Assembly (NCBI GenBank): GCA_964005815.1
Contig: CAXFSR010000016.1
Coordinates: forward strand, 32,001-96,000
Length of the DNA stretch: 64,000 bases
Reading direction: 5' to 3'
Source of the DNA: an uncultured Nitrospinaceae bacterium
GTDB taxonomy: Bacteria > UBA8248
In this document: positions 41,934-52,837 of the stretch, piece after piece
Layout of the letters: every line of letters starts with the position of its first letter
Position numbering within the stretch: position 1 is the first letter of the stretch
The notes under the pieces: generated by a model
Seen by the model: only the letters and a program-made list of their open reading frames with translations
Told to the model about the DNA's origin: nothing
The model's database searches: none
Position numbers and translations under genes: made by a program

Positions 41934-43282
41934 ATCTTATTTATAAACCTTCCCGGACTAAGTGTTTCGTTCGGATCAAGCTTTTTCTTTATTTTTGACA
42001 TTAGTTTAAGAGCAAGAGGAGAAACTGAATCCTCACCCCATACTGAATTCATATTAAATAGTTCTTCAGGTCCTTTTTCTAAGAATACGTTGACATAACG
42101 ACTATTTGATTCATTAGATCCTTTCAAACAATGAGACGAAAAAACTTGCCAACTTTTATGCAAATCTTCTATTTTCCCCGTTCTATCAACCCAGCATTGA
42201 AAAATTCCACTTCCAGCATGTGCAGAAAATGGCACCTCTTCTGCAGAAGGAAAAGCAGATAGAGTAGCATCGTAAAAACGGGGCAATTGATCCAATCTCC
42301 CAGAAGCTCTGAATGAAATTACTTCATTTTCAAAAAAAGGTGGATTAAAAATAGAAGAATGAATTTTTTTTGTCTGTGGGTCATCTAGACGATAAAAATC
42401 CTTGCATTTTTCCTTGCCCAAAAGAGATTCAATACGTTCGAGTTGTTCTTTCAAACCATCTTCAAAATCTGACACAGCAGCTACCAAACAATATTTTCCG
42501 GGCAATTGGAAATTTTCTTCAGAGATCCTAGACATATTAAAAACTTCCAAGAAATCATACGAAATGGGATGTTGAAGTAACTTCCTACTTACTTCAAAAA
42601 CATCATTCGCATTGTCAAATCCTGCTATACATGCTCCTGAACATTCGGGTTTTTTATACAGTCTTACCGCTAACTCAGTAACAACAGCTAACGAACCCCA
42701 ACTTCCAGACAGTAATCTCAAGACATCGTATCCTGTAACATTTTTTACAACTAGCGCTCCGTAGGTATTACTTCTTCCATTACCTAGCACTACTTTCATC
42801 TTCATAAATCTATCTCTAGCTCTACCCCACTTCAATTGCATTGGCCCAGAATTATCAGTCATTGCAACACCTCCAATTGTTGAGAACTCTGGGGAAGGAG
42901 GATCAAAACCTGGGGTTTGAGATTCCTGATTAGCTAATTGATTTAATTTTTCAACTGTAACACCAGGTCCAACTACTGCAGTCAGATCATTTGGAAGAAA
43001 ATCGATCACATCTGAAATTTGCTTGGTAGAAAGAGCAATGTCATATGCGTCTGGAGAATACCCTTTACTTGCATTCGTCAATCCACCACATGGAATAATT
43101 TTCAAGCCTAATTCGTTTGCCAATGAAATTGTTCGAACCACTGATTCGTGACTTTTAGGGCTGACAACTATTGAGGGAACTCTACCACAAACTCTATAAC
43201 TATCTAAATTCTCAGCAGACACCAAACAAGTCTCTGCAAACTCACTTTCAATAGAATTTTGAAATTTATCGATTAAAGACAT
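41930..43282 (-). CDS. glcE: Glycolate oxidase-type FAD-binding subunit
   Basis: STIGG, VVKNVTGYD, GSWGSL, LDP..LSPGR. Lies between glcD and glcF. Confidence 0.85.
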   Translation of the reverse strand: MSLIDKFQNSIESEFAETCLVSAENLDSYRVCGRVPSIVVSPKSHESVVRTISLANELGLKIIPCGGLTNASKGYSPDAYDIALSTKQISDVIDFLPNDLTAVVGPGVTVEKLNQLANQESQTPGFDPPSPEFSTIGGVAMTDNSGPMQLKWGRARDRFMKMKVVLGNGRSNTYGALVVKNVTGYDVLRLLSGSWGSLAVVTELAVRLYKKPECSGACIAGFDNANDVFEVSRKLLQHPISYDFLEVFNMSRISEENFQLPGKYCLVAAVSDFEDGLKEQLERIESLLGKEKCKDFYRLDDPQTKKIHSSIFNPPFFENEVISFRASGRLDQLPRFYDATLSAFPSAEEVPFSAHAGSGIFQCWVDRTGKIEDLHKSWQVFSSHCLKGSNESNSRYVNVFLEKGPEELFNMNSVWGEDSVSPLALKLMSKIKKKLDPNETLSPGRFINKI

Positions 43283-43283
43283 G

Positions 43284-44732
43284 TTATTTTGTTAGCCCTG
43301 CAAATTTACTAGAAAAACCCTGTCCTATTGAAATTGGAAAAACGAATTCGTCATTTGGAATAACTTTTCCAGGATTAAAAAAACCGATTGGATCAATGAC
43401 CGATCGCAAATTGTCCATAGTATCAAGCGTTGATTCATCAAACTGATCTCTCATCTCTCGAATTTTTTCAATTCCTATTCCGTGTTCTCCTGACAAAACT
43501 CCACCAACTCTTATACAAGCCCTCAAAATCTCAGAACCACAATCAACTGCACGTTCTACCTCTCCTGGAACATTCTCGTCGAATAGAACATTTGGGTGCA
43601 AACTACCATCTCCAGCATGAAAAACATTCGTAATACGTAGACTAAATTTTTTCCCTATGTTTTCAAATTCTTCCAAAACTTGAGCCAGCTTTGATCTTGG
43701 AACAGTGCCATCCAAACAATAATATGATGGAGAAATTGCTCCAAATGCGCCAAAAGCTTTTTTTCTACCCATCCACAAATCTTCTCTTTCTCTCTCATCT
43801 GAAGCAAGACTAAATGAAGTGCAAGAATTTAATTCACAAATATCTTTAACAATTTTTTCTAATGGCTGCATAGATGAAATAAAACCGTCTAGCTCAATTA
43901 ATAAAACTGCGGCCGCTCCCTTGGGATAACCGGCTTTAACAACTGTTTCAATCGCCTCAATCGTATACTTATCCATTAACTCCATAGCTGCAGGCACTGC
44001 ACCTGAAGCTATAATATCACTCACTGTTCTACACGCATCTCCAACTTCTTCAAAAGAAGCAAGCATAGTTTTAACTCCTGCAGGATTAGGAGTTAATCGA
44101 ACAATTACTTCTGTAATTATTCCAAATGTCCCTTCGGAACCAATAAAGAATCCCCTCAAGTCGATACCACCAACTTCATTTGTATCAGACCCAATTTGCA
44201 AAATCTCTCCTGAAGAAAGTACCACCTTCATTCCTAAAACATGATTAGTAGTCATTCCGTATTTAAGGCAATGTGCCCCACCAGAATTTTCTGCAACATT
44301 TCCCCCAATAGTACATGCCATTTGACTAGAAGGATCTGGTGCATAGTGAAAACCATGAGAAAGAGTTGCTTTAGTAAGTTCCAAATTCACGACACCTGGC
44401 TGAACTCTAGCTAAACGATTTTCAAAATCCAATTCTAAAATTTTGTTCATCCTAGTAAATACTATCAATACCCCTCCTGGGACAGGAGTAGCTCCCCCAG
44501 AAAGACACGTTCCAGCACCTCTTGCAATAATTGGAACCTCATTTTCTAGGCAAACTTTGACAATTTCACTTACTTGTTCAGAAGTCTCGGGCAAAACAAC
44601 AAAAATTGGAGTCCCTTTATATAAAGTAAGTGCGTCGCAATCGTATGTTTTCATAGCTATTGGATCAGAATGGATAAAATCTTCACCCACTATATTTGAT
44701 AACTTCTGATTTAAGCTTTGATAGTCTGCCAT
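43284..44732 (-). CDS. glcD: Glycolate oxidase-type FAD subunit
   Basis: RGAGTCLSGG, PDPSS, ENSGGAHCLKYG, GSEGT, HAGDG, GEHGIG. Confidence 0.92.
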   Translation of the reverse strand: MADYQSLNQKLSNIVGEDFIHSDPIAMKTYDCDALTLYKGTPIFVVLPETSEQVSEIVKVCLENEVPIIARGAGTCLSGGATPVPGGVLIVFTRMNKILELDFENRLARVQPGVVNLELTKATLSHGFHYAPDPSSQMACTIGGNVAENSGGAHCLKYGMTTNHVLGMKVVLSSGEILQIGSDTNEVGGIDLRGFFIGSEGTFGIITEVIVRLTPNPAGVKTMLASFEEVGDACRTVSDIIASGAVPAAMELMDKYTIEAIETVVKAGYPKGAAAVLLIELDGFISSMQPLEKIVKDICELNSCTSFSLASDEREREDLWMGRKKAFGAFGAISPSYYCLDGTVPRSKLAQVLEEFENIGKKFSLRITNVFHAGDGSLHPNVLFDENVPGEVERAVDCGSEILRACIRVGGVLSGEHGIGIEKIREMRDQFDESTLDTMDNLRSVIDPIGFFNPGKVIPNDEFVFPISIGQGFSSKFAGLTK

Positions 44733-44758
44733 TTATTTAGCCTCAATTCCTCCAGAAA

Positions 44759-45811
44759 TCAAACATCACAATTCACATTTAATTCCTTGCATAAAACATT
44801 GATTTTATTCCATATACCGACCTCAATTGTCAGTCCTTCTTGAAGTCTTCTTTTACGTTCTTTATACGCCCTTTCACCTGGTATCCTTATCTCATCTGTA
44901 CCTTCTGATTTTGCAATTGATTTGACTTCATACAAATGTTCAAACACAGAATCTCTAAAAACATCCGTATCACCAAATGAGGAAGGATCAATCGCAATAA
45001 ATAAATCGCCCTTATCATAGTGACCATCAGCTACAGATTGAGCTAGCGGTTTCCCAACTTTTGCACCAAGCAAAGGTCCAGCCAATAAACCAATAGTCAA
45101 ACAAAGACCATACCCTTTGTGACCACCAAAAGGAGTCAAAGCCCCTTTAGAAGCTTGATTCGGATCGATAGTAGGTATTCCATCCGGCCCAAGCGCTACC
45201 CCTTCTGGAATTGACTCACCTTCTACCGCAGCTTTCATAACTAAACCGTTTGAAATTGAACTAGTAGCAAAATCCAATAAATACGGATCTTCCGTCGATG
45301 AAGGAATAGCTATTGCCAATGGATTTGTTCCAAGTAACCTTTCAATTCCACCTATTGGGTGGACTAAAGGAGTTGTTATACCTAGAACTATCCCAACACA
45401 ACCCATTCTGGCAATTAGTTCAGCATAATATCCAGTGAGACATATGTGATCTGAATTCACAACACCTACTGTAGAACATCCTTGACTTAGGGCATTCTTT
45501 GCAGCAAGAGTGGCCCCATATTTTGCCCCTACAGCCCCAATAGACCTTTCTCCTTCAACTAAAGAGCAAGATCCATTTTCTTTTTTAATATATGGTATAG
45601 CCTTAGGATCAATCATTCCACTCTGAATTCTATTTACAATTGCAGGCAATCTTATTAATCCATGTGTCCCATACCCTCTAAGATCTGCTTCTATAAGAAC
45701 ATCCGCAGTTGTCTTCGCAGAACTTGAGTCACAACCAACTGCAAGAAGTATTTCTTCCATCAATTTTCTCAAACGCTCTTCAGAAACTTCTACTCCTAGT
45801 TCTTTGTTCAT
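44759..45811 (-). CDS. Ldh_2-family 2-hydroxyacid dehydrogenase (AllD/ComC/YiaK-like)
   Basis: ADLRG..HG, GTNPLA, LDFATS, GGHKGYGL, RIPGER. Confidence 0.88.
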   Translation of the reverse strand: MNKELGVEVSEERLRKLMEEILLAVGCDSSSAKTTADVLIEADLRGYGTHGLIRLPAIVNRIQSGMIDPKAIPYIKKENGSCSLVEGERSIGAVGAKYGATLAAKNALSQGCSTVGVVNSDHICLTGYYAELIARMGCVGIVLGITTPLVHPIGGIERLLGTNPLAIAIPSSTEDPYLLDFATSSISNGLVMKAAVEGESIPEGVALGPDGIPTIDPNQASKGALTPFGGHKGYGLCLTIGLLAGPLLGAKVGKPLAQSVADGHYDKGDLFIAIDPSSFGDTDVFRDSVFEHLYEVKSIAKSEGTDEIRIPGERAYKERKRRLQEGLTIEVGIWNKINVLCKELNVNCDV

Positions 45812-45830
45812 AAAATCTCCGTTCAAATTT

Positions 45831-46340
45831 CTAAAGATCTGGATTGGGCGCAGAAACTGATTTTCTCGTAACCTTCATCATCCAACAGTAAATCTCAATT
45901 CTATTTCCATCTGGATCTAAAAAATAAAATGCATGGCTACCACTTCCTCCCATGAAACTATTTGGATCATCGCCTTCACTCCCATGCACATAAGGACCTG
46001 AAACAAGTTCTACACCACATGATTTTACGTGCTCAAGAGCATCGAGCCAATCTTCTCGACTTGCTACTTTAAAAGCTAGATGATGTAAACCAACCTGTCT
46101 TTTATATTCAGAGTCTTGTTTGTCTAATCCTGCTCTTTCGACATCTTCAGGAAGTTCAAAAAGTACTAAATCATGATGATACTCGTCACACCGCATAAAA
46201 CAAATAGGACGTGAAAAATCCGGAGGCCCCCACTTTCCTGTCAACTTTAGTCCAACTACACTTCTATAAAACTCTATAGATTTTTCCACATCACTAACAT
46301 GAATTGCCATGTGACCGATTCCAGAAAGTTTACAAGGCAT
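45831..46340 (-). CDS. VOC-family metalloenzyme (single-domain extradiol dioxygenase/glyoxalase-like)
   Basis: GIGHMAI, HHDL, GLHHLAF, FYFLDPDGNRIEIY. Start placed at the ATG at 46340 after GAGGAG. Confidence 0.85.
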   Translation of the reverse strand: MPCKLSGIGHMAIHVSDVEKSIEFYRSVVGLKLTGKWGPPDFSRPICFMRCDEYHHDLVLFELPEDVERAGLDKQDSEYKRQVGLHHLAFKVASREDWLDALEHVKSCGVELVSGPYVHGSEGDDPNSFMGGSGSHAFYFLDPDGNRIEIYCWMMKVTRKSVSAPNPDL

Positions 46341-46489
46341 ACTTTTTCTCCTCAATATTGAAGCATACATTTTGTTTAATACTTTATTATGTGCATGCTG
46401 ACATTATTGAATCAAGCAAAAAGAGTTCTTTTTCACTACAAAATTTTTTCATCAATAAAAGCGGGGAGAAATGAGAGAGGGAGAAATTA

Positions 46490-49102
46490 TTATTTTACAA
46501 TTATATTTACAAGCCGTCCTTTAACCACTATATGCTTTACGATTTTTTTCCCTTCCAAATATGTACTAGAAACTTTTTCAGCTTTTTCAATTAAAACATT
46601 ATCTTCTTCATCGGGTAGAGCTTGAAACGTTCTTCTTGTCTTCCCATTAATTTGCACTACGAACTCTTTTTCTTCTGACGAAATAGCACTTTCATCAACA
46701 TCTGGCCATTTCTCCATGAAAATACTTTGCGAAGAACGAGATTTGTCTAACAAACTCCAGAGTTCTTCACAAAGGTGAGGAGCCATAGGAGCCATACAGA
46801 AAAGCAAAATTTCTGAGGCTTCTCTTTGAACAGGGAGTTCTGCTTGCGAGTTATTTCGAATTGAAGAACATAATTCCATAACTCTTGCGACAGCTGTATT
46901 AAACGAAAAAGTTCTTTCGTAGACTTCTGTTACATATTGTAAAGTAAAATGAGCATCTCTTCTCAATTTTTTACCTTGTTCGGAAAGAGAAGAAGAATCT
47001 ATCTCCAAAAATGAAATATTTCTCCAAGAATCTATTCTTTCAGAAAATGTACTCCAAAGCCTCTGCAAAAAACGATGAATTCCTATCAACCCATCTTCAC
47101 GCCATTCCTTATCTCTTTCTGGAGGACCAATAAAAAGAGTATATAATCTTCCAGCATCAGCACCATATTTTCCTGTACATTCTTCTATAGAAACTCCATT
47201 CAACTTACTCTTACTCATCACTGACATTTCCCCTACCACAGCATCTCCTACTTCATACCCACTTCCATTTGGGCCTTCTTTTATAATCACATGATTTTTC
47301 TCATCCACGTTACTATATGGCACCCAAGTCAACCCTCTACTTTCTTTAAGTCTAAACGCAGTTCTGCAAACCATCCCTTGTGTGAATAGATTTTCAAAAG
47401 GTTCCTCAAACGAGACATATCCCATATCAAACAAAACTTTCGTAAAGAAGCGAGAATATAGAAGATGCATAATTGCATGCTCTGCCCCACCTATATACTG
47501 ACTTACTGGCATCCATGAGTTAACTTCATTTTGATCGAAAATTTGATTTTCTAACCTAGGAGAAATAAATCGCAGGAAATACCAAGAAGAATCAACAAAA
47601 GTATCCATAGTATCTGTTTCTCTTCTAGCAGGCTTACCTGTAATAGGACTAATCAAATTCAAAAAATCTTTACTGAAACTTAGAGGATTCCCACCTCGAC
47701 CCGTAAATTCAACATCCCTAGGATGAACAACTGGAAGATGCTCATCTGGAACTGGATTAAAAGAACCATCCTCTTCATAGATAACAGGTATAGGTACCCC
47801 CCAATAACGTTGTCTAGAAATTAACCAATCTCTAATTCTCCAATTAACTGTTTTATCTCCAAAACCTTTTTCAGAAAAAAAGGAAACCATTTCAGGATAT
47901 GCTTCCCTATTAGGCTTGCCATCAAAAGGCCCCGAATTTGACATAAATCCATCTTCTACATAAGCCTCACTCATTTCATTTTCGGCTAATGAACATTCTG
48001 GATCCTGAATCACTATCTTAATCGGGAGATTGTATTTTCTAGCAAAGAGAAAATCTCTTTGATCATGGGCAGGAACTCCCATTACAATACCAGTTCCATA
48101 TTCCATTAAAGCATAATCTGCGACAAGCAAAGGGACAGAGTCACCATTGACAGGATTAATAAGATTATGACCCGTAAAAACTCCAAATTTATCCTGTTCA
48201 TCACTCATTCTTTCAGCAGAACTCTTTGAACGCATTTCATCTATTGATGCCTTAATGGATGTTGCATTAGGATTATCAACAAGCAACGTATCGACCAAGG
48301 GATGTTCTGGAGCACAAACAACAAAAGTTACACCGTAAACCGTATCAGGACGAGTTGTAAAAACAGACAAAACTTCCCCTGTGGATTCCAGTTTAAAATC
48401 TATACGAGCACCTTCACTTTTGCCAAGCCAATTTCGTTGTTGCTGCTTTACATTTTCAGGCCATCCTACCAAACCATCTAAATCATCAAGCAATCTTTGT
48501 GCATAATCTGTTATTCGTAAAAACCATTGGCTAAGCCATTTTTTCTCAACAATTGCCCCACTTCTCCAAGCAATTCCATCGTGTATTTGTTCATTAGCCA
48601 AGACGGTTTCATCTACCGGGTCCCAATTGACAAGAGCCTCTCTTTTATATGCAAGTCCTTTCTCCAACATCCTAAGAAACAACCATTGAGTCCAACGATA
48701 ATATCCGGGATGAGCAGTCGAAATTTCTCGTGGCCAATCGTAACAAAGGCCAGCTAGTTTTAATTGTCTTTTCATATTGTTGATATTTTTTTGTGTCCAC
48801 TCAGCTGGATGAACTCCAGCTTGAATTGCAGCATTTTCGGCAGGAAGACCGAGGGCATCCCAACCCATTGGATGAAGAACTCTAAAGCCATTCATCTTAC
48901 GGAAACGACTAATTGCGTCGCCCATAGTGTAATTACATGCATGCCCCATATGTAAATCACCAGAGGGATATGGGAACATCATCAGACAGTAATATGGCGG
49001 TTTGTCTTTTGCTCCATCCTCAGTGTGAAAGATTTTATTTGTTTCCCAAAAATCCTGCCACTTTTTTTCATACTTTTCTGGAATATAATCACCTAGCATC
49101 AA
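46490..49102 (-). CDS. leuS: Leucine--tRNA ligase
   Basis: MFPYPSG.LHMGH, FTTRPDT editing domain, DWLISRQRYWG, DTMDTF, MSKS. Confidence 0.97.
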   Translation of the reverse strand: MMLGDYIPEKYEKKWQDFWETNKIFHTEDGAKDKPPYYCLMMFPYPSGDLHMGHACNYTMGDAISRFRKMNGFRVLHPMGWDALGLPAENAAIQAGVHPAEWTQKNINNMKRQLKLAGLCYDWPREISTAHPGYYRWTQWLFLRMLEKGLAYKREALVNWDPVDETVLANEQIHDGIAWRSGAIVEKKWLSQWFLRITDYAQRLLDDLDGLVGWPENVKQQQRNWLGKSEGARIDFKLESTGEVLSVFTTRPDTVYGVTFVVCAPEHPLVDTLLVDNPNATSIKASIDEMRSKSSAERMSDEQDKFGVFTGHNLINPVNGDSVPLLVADYALMEYGTGIVMGVPAHDQRDFLFARKYNLPIKIVIQDPECSLAENEMSEAYVEDGFMSNSGPFDGKPNREAYPEMVSFFSEKGFGDKTVNWRIRDWLISRQRYWGVPIPVIYEEDGSFNPVPDEHLPVVHPRDVEFTGRGGNPLSFSKDFLNLISPITGKPARRETDTMDTFVDSSWYFLRFISPRLENQIFDQNEVNSWMPVSQYIGGAEHAIMHLLYSRFFTKVLFDMGYVSFEEPFENLFTQGMVCRTAFRLKESRGLTWVPYSNVDEKNHVIIKEGPNGSGYEVGDAVVGEMSVMSKSKLNGVSIEECTGKYGADAGRLYTLFIGPPERDKEWREDGLIGIHRFLQRLWSTFSERIDSWRNISFLEIDSSSLSEQGKKLRRDAHFTLQYVTEVYERTFSFNTAVARVMELCSSIRNNSQAELPVQREASEILLFCMAPMAPHLCEELWSLLDKSRSSQSIFMEKWPDVDESAISSEEKEFVVQINGKTRRTFQALPDEEDNVLIEKAEKVSSTYLEGKKIVKHIVVKGRLVNIIVK

Positions 49103-49119
49103 AAACCTCTGAGAAATTT

Positions 49120-49536
49120 TTATTTTCTAAAATCGTCAGGAATTGCCTCAGAATCAAAAACTGAAAGAAGCTCCTTAGGTATTCTAGAAGGCTTACCATC
49201 TCGATCTAGTGAAGCGTGCAGTGTATAACCTTCAGCAATCTTTTTTCCACTCTGCTCTACGATATAGTTCAATCTTACTCTAACTCCCTTAGGAGATTCA
49301 AAATATCCCTTTACATTGATCATCCCGTCATAGGTAGCACTCGAGATATATTTACAACCACTTTCTACTACAGGAAAATAAATACCTTTCTTCTCAAGTT
49401 TACTATAAGGGAATCCTACTTTTATAAAATATTCAGTCCGAAAGTGTTCAAACCATACAAAATAGATCGAGTGATGCACAACACCCATTTGATCTGTTTC
49501 AGCATATCTCACCCTAAATTCGACAGAAAAAGGCAA
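49120..49536 (-). CDS. Acyl-CoA thioesterase, YbgC/4HBT family
   Basis: RVRYAETDQMGVVHH. Confidence 0.9.
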   Translation of the reverse strand: MPFSVEFRVRYAETDQMGVVHHSIYFVWFEHFRTEYFIKVGFPYSKLEKKGIYFPVVESGCKYISSATYDGMINVKGYFESPKGVRVRLNYIVEQSGKKIAEGYTLHASLDRDGKPSRIPKELLSVFDSEAIPDDFRK

Positions 49537-49562
49537 TTAAAACTCCTATATTTAAGGAAAGA

Positions 49563-50933
49563 TCACATTTGCAGAATTAATCTTGCAATATTCATATAAA
49601 TAACTATAGACAATAGATCTACGGTAGTTGTCACTACAGGCCCAGTCATTAATGCTGGATCCAACTTCAAGAAATTCAAGAATAAAGGGATAAGAGAAGC
49701 AAGAGTTGATGCAATTGTCATAGAGAGAAAGATTGTAACTCCAATAATTAAGCCAAGATGAGAAACCGAAGGGAACTGAAAACTAGCAACCAAGAAAAGA
49801 AGAATCCCAAAGCAAGAACCTAGAAGCAAACCTACAAAAACTTGTCTTGAAACTACACTAAACCAACCTTTTGTATCTACTTTTCCAGTTGCAAGACCCC
49901 TAACAATAATTGCGACACTTTGTGAACTCACATTTCCAGAAGTTCCATTAATTACAGGAATGAAAGCAGCCAGAGCAATCACTTTACTAAGTTCATGCGT
50001 ATACTGTGAAATAAAAAATGCAGCGGCCATACTTCCAATCCAACTTATCACCAACCATGGAAAACGAACCCAAGCAAGTTTTATGGCTGACAGAGAAGTG
50101 ATTTCTTCTTGATGGTGAGTCCCAGCCATTTTTAAAATATCTTCTGTTGCTTCTTCTCTTAACACATCGAGCACATCGTCAACTGTTACAATACCTACAA
50201 GGATTTTATTCTCATCGACAACTGGTATAGCAAGAATATTATAACGGGAAACTATCTTAGCTACATGCTCCTGATCAGCATTCACATCAACACTCCACAC
50301 ATTAGAAGTCATGACATCTGACAATTTTTGAGAAGGGTTGGATAAAATCAATTGTCTTAAACTAACTACTCCTCTTAAAACTCCATCTTCATTTATTACA
50401 TAAACATAAAAAATATATTCAATTTCATTAGTATCTCTAACACGTGAGATAGCTTCCTCTACTGTCACTGATTCTGATAAAGCAGCAAAAGAATCAGTCA
50501 TAATTGCACCTGCAGATTCAGGAGTATAAAGCATCAAATCCTGATAAGAAGAATCTTCCGTTGAATCAGAATCCAAAATGTCTAAAATTTTCTCTGACCT
50601 ATCTTGAGGCAGAGACTCTAAAATATAGCGTACATCGTCACTGCCATTTTCTTTAAGTATTTCCGCAATTTTATCATTAGAAATAGGATCAATTAGATTA
50701 CGAACAACGTGAGGGTCACATTCATTTAAAATTGAAGCTCTTAATGGGATTGAGTTAATAAGAGAAAATGCATCGAACTGTTCCTGATCCTCAAGACGCA
50801 TAAATATCTGCGCGATTTCTGCCGCGTGCATCTTTTCAAGAGCATTTTTTAGATTAGTATCGGCTTTTCTTCTAAGAAGACGCCGAACCATGTCTTCCAC
50901 TCTAAGTAACCTTGGCTCTCTGTCATGTACCAT
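49563..50933 (-). CDS. mgtE: Magnesium transporter MgtE
   Basis: N-domain, CBS pair (YVYV, PVVD, VTVDD), transmembrane part with GN..SQ, LDPA, TT.VD. Confidence 0.93.
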   Translation of the reverse strand: MVHDREPRLLRVEDMVRRLLRRKADTNLKNALEKMHAAEIAQIFMRLEDQEQFDAFSLINSIPLRASILNECDPHVVRNLIDPISNDKIAEILKENGSDDVRYILESLPQDRSEKILDILDSDSTEDSSYQDLMLYTPESAGAIMTDSFAALSESVTVEEAISRVRDTNEIEYIFYVYVINEDGVLRGVVSLRQLILSNPSQKLSDVMTSNVWSVDVNADQEHVAKIVSRYNILAIPVVDENKILVGIVTVDDVLDVLREEATEDILKMAGTHHQEEITSLSAIKLAWVRFPWLVISWIGSMAAAFFISQYTHELSKVIALAAFIPVINGTSGNVSSQSVAIIVRGLATGKVDTKGWFSVVSRQVFVGLLLGSCFGILLFLVASFQFPSVSHLGLIIGVTIFLSMTIASTLASLIPLFLNFLKLDPALMTGPVVTTTVDLLSIVIYMNIARLILQM

Positions 50934-50978
50934 AATTTACTCTTTTCTTTTTAATAAAATCAGAATAAAGAGTGCATG

Positions 50979-51007
50979 AGTTTATTCACGTATGTGAAGC
51001 ATGTCAA
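50979..51007 (-). promoter_or_regulatory. Putative sigma70 promoter for mgtE
   Basis: Minus strand TTGACA, 17-nt spacer, TAAACT. Confidence 0.55.
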
Positions 51008-51115
51008 TTAAAAATGAAATAAGCAATAAACTAAATTCAACTTGATCAATTACCCTATATCACTTTATGATTATGTCAGTTTATACTGAAGAACATTTGA
51101 ATTGGAGAATTTACA

Positions 51116-52822
51116 ATTCCAAAAATTCACGGAATAACAAAAGGTCTTAAGAGTAAAGATTTACGCTCCCTTGAAAAACTCTATCGCAGAAAAATTCCGA
51201 AGCACGATTTAATACATTTAGACTTTGGAAGGGAATTAGCTTCAGTATCCTCCAAAATCTCAAAACAAGTAGCGATATTGATTGATAGACAGGGACTAGT
51301 TCGTTTTGTAATTGTTGGTGGGCCAAAAGCAATAGAAATTCCAGAATTAGGACGCTCAAGATCTGGAACGAATAGACTTCGTGGTCTTCGATGTATACAT
51401 ACTCATCTTGAAGCATCCGAACTATCTAACGAAGACTTGAATGATATGGCCTCACTTAGACTGGATTATATGAGTGCCATAGAAGTGAAAGAAGATGGGA
51501 GAACTGGAAGAATTCATATTGCACATTTACTACCCCAAAACATACAGAACGAAACTCAAAATTCGCAAAAATCAAATGGTTCTAACTTTTCTAACAAAAC
51601 TGAACTATGGGAAAAAATAACTTTTCAAAATCTAGAAGACCTTTCTCTCGATATTGAATCGCTTACATCTTCTTTAGAAGAAGAAATTTATCGTGTTCAA
51701 AATAGCGTAACGGAAATAGAACAGGGAGAAAAAACACTTTTAGTTCATGTAGATACAGGAGAAAAAAACAATCTTTCAACTCACGCGCAACTACAGGAAT
51801 TATCTTCTCTTGCAAGAGGAGCAGGACTCACCCCAGTATGGAAGATATCGCAAAGACGTAATTCCCCAGACAATCGTTATGTGATAGGGAAAGGACTACT
51901 TTCAAAAGCACTCATACAATCACTATTTCTTGGAATAGAGGTGGTAGTTTTCTCAAACGAATTAACTCCATCACAAATAAAGAGCCTCAGCGACTATACG
52001 GATCTAAAAATCATAGATAGAACCCAAGTAATTCTTGATATTTTCTCACAAAGAGCTAAAAGCCGTGTTGGCAAATTACAAGTCGAACTAGCTCAATTAC
52101 GATACATGCTTCCTAAAATATCGACTAAACATACAGCCCTTAGTCGACTAACTGGAGGTATAGGAGGTAGAGGTCCTGGAGAAACAAAATTAGAAGTGCA
52201 CAGGAGGAAAGCTTTCGATCGTATTAACAATCTTAAAAACGAATTGAAAAAATTACAAAAAAAACGTTCACAAGGAAGACGTTTAAGAAAAAGGAAACAG
52301 ATTCCTGTTATATCTCTTGTTGGTTGTACAAACGCCGGAAAATCTACAATCTTAAATTCTTTAACTAATAGTGATGTTTTTGCTGGAGACAAACTTTTTG
52401 CTACCTTAGATACCTCGAGCAGAAGAATGAGATATCCAAGTGGGGAAGAATTCATTTTCACCGATACAGTTGGTTTTATTTCGAGCCTTCCAAAATATTT
52501 AGTAGAATCTTTCAGATCTACGTTAGAAGAACTAGATGAAGCAAATCTACTCCTTCACGTAGTCGATGCTTCTTCAGCACATTGTGAAGAAAATATTGAA
52601 AATGTTCAATTTCTTTTAAATGATCTTGGTTTATCTCATAAACCGACTTTGATGATTTTCAATAAAATTGACAAAATAGATGATGAAAAAGCAATGAACC
52701 TATCTTTGAGATATCAAGGAATAATGGTTGAAGGGAGAAATGCTAAATCCGTTGAAATAATTAAAGAGGCATGTCTAAACAAAATAATGAGTGCCAGAAA
52801 TTCAGAATTGATAGCTATTTAA
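51116..52822 (+). CDS. hflX: GTPase HflX, long N-terminal form, probable ATT start
   Basis: IDRT..LDIF, GGIGGRGPGETKLE, GCTNAGKST, LFATLD, DTVGF, NKID. The frame extends upstream to the ATT at 51116 (IPKIHGITKGLKSKDLRSLEKLYRR) behind GGAG; in-frame TGA at 51098. Confidence 0.93.
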   Translation: MPKIHGITKGLKSKDLRSLEKLYRRKIPKHDLIHLDFGRELASVSSKISKQVAILIDRQGLVRFVIVGGPKAIEIPELGRSRSGTNRLRGLRCIHTHLEASELSNEDLNDMASLRLDYMSAIEVKEDGRTGRIHIAHLLPQNIQNETQNSQKSNGSNFSNKTELWEKITFQNLEDLSLDIESLTSSLEEEIYRVQNSVTEIEQGEKTLLVHVDTGEKNNLSTHAQLQELSSLARGAGLTPVWKISQRRNSPDNRYVIGKGLLSKALIQSLFLGIEVVVFSNELTPSQIKSLSDYTDLKIIDRTQVILDIFSQRAKSRVGKLQVELAQLRYMLPKISTKHTALSRLTGGIGGRGPGETKLEVHRRKAFDRINNLKNELKKLQKKRSQGRRLRKRKQIPVISLVGCTNAGKSTILNSLTNSDVFAGDKLFATLDTSSRRMRYPSGEEFIFTDTVGFISSLPKYLVESFRSTLEELDEANLLLHVVDASSAHCEENIENVQFLLNDLGLSHKPTLMIFNKIDKIDDEKAMNLSLRYQGIMVEGRNAKSVEIIKEACLNKIMSARNSELIAI

Positions 52823-52837
52823 AAATGGAGAAAAAAA

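Noticed and set aside
46464..46487. Direct repeat GGGAGAAAT x2 just after the leuS stop
   Set aside because: Only two short low-complexity copies; no array or recognisable element.
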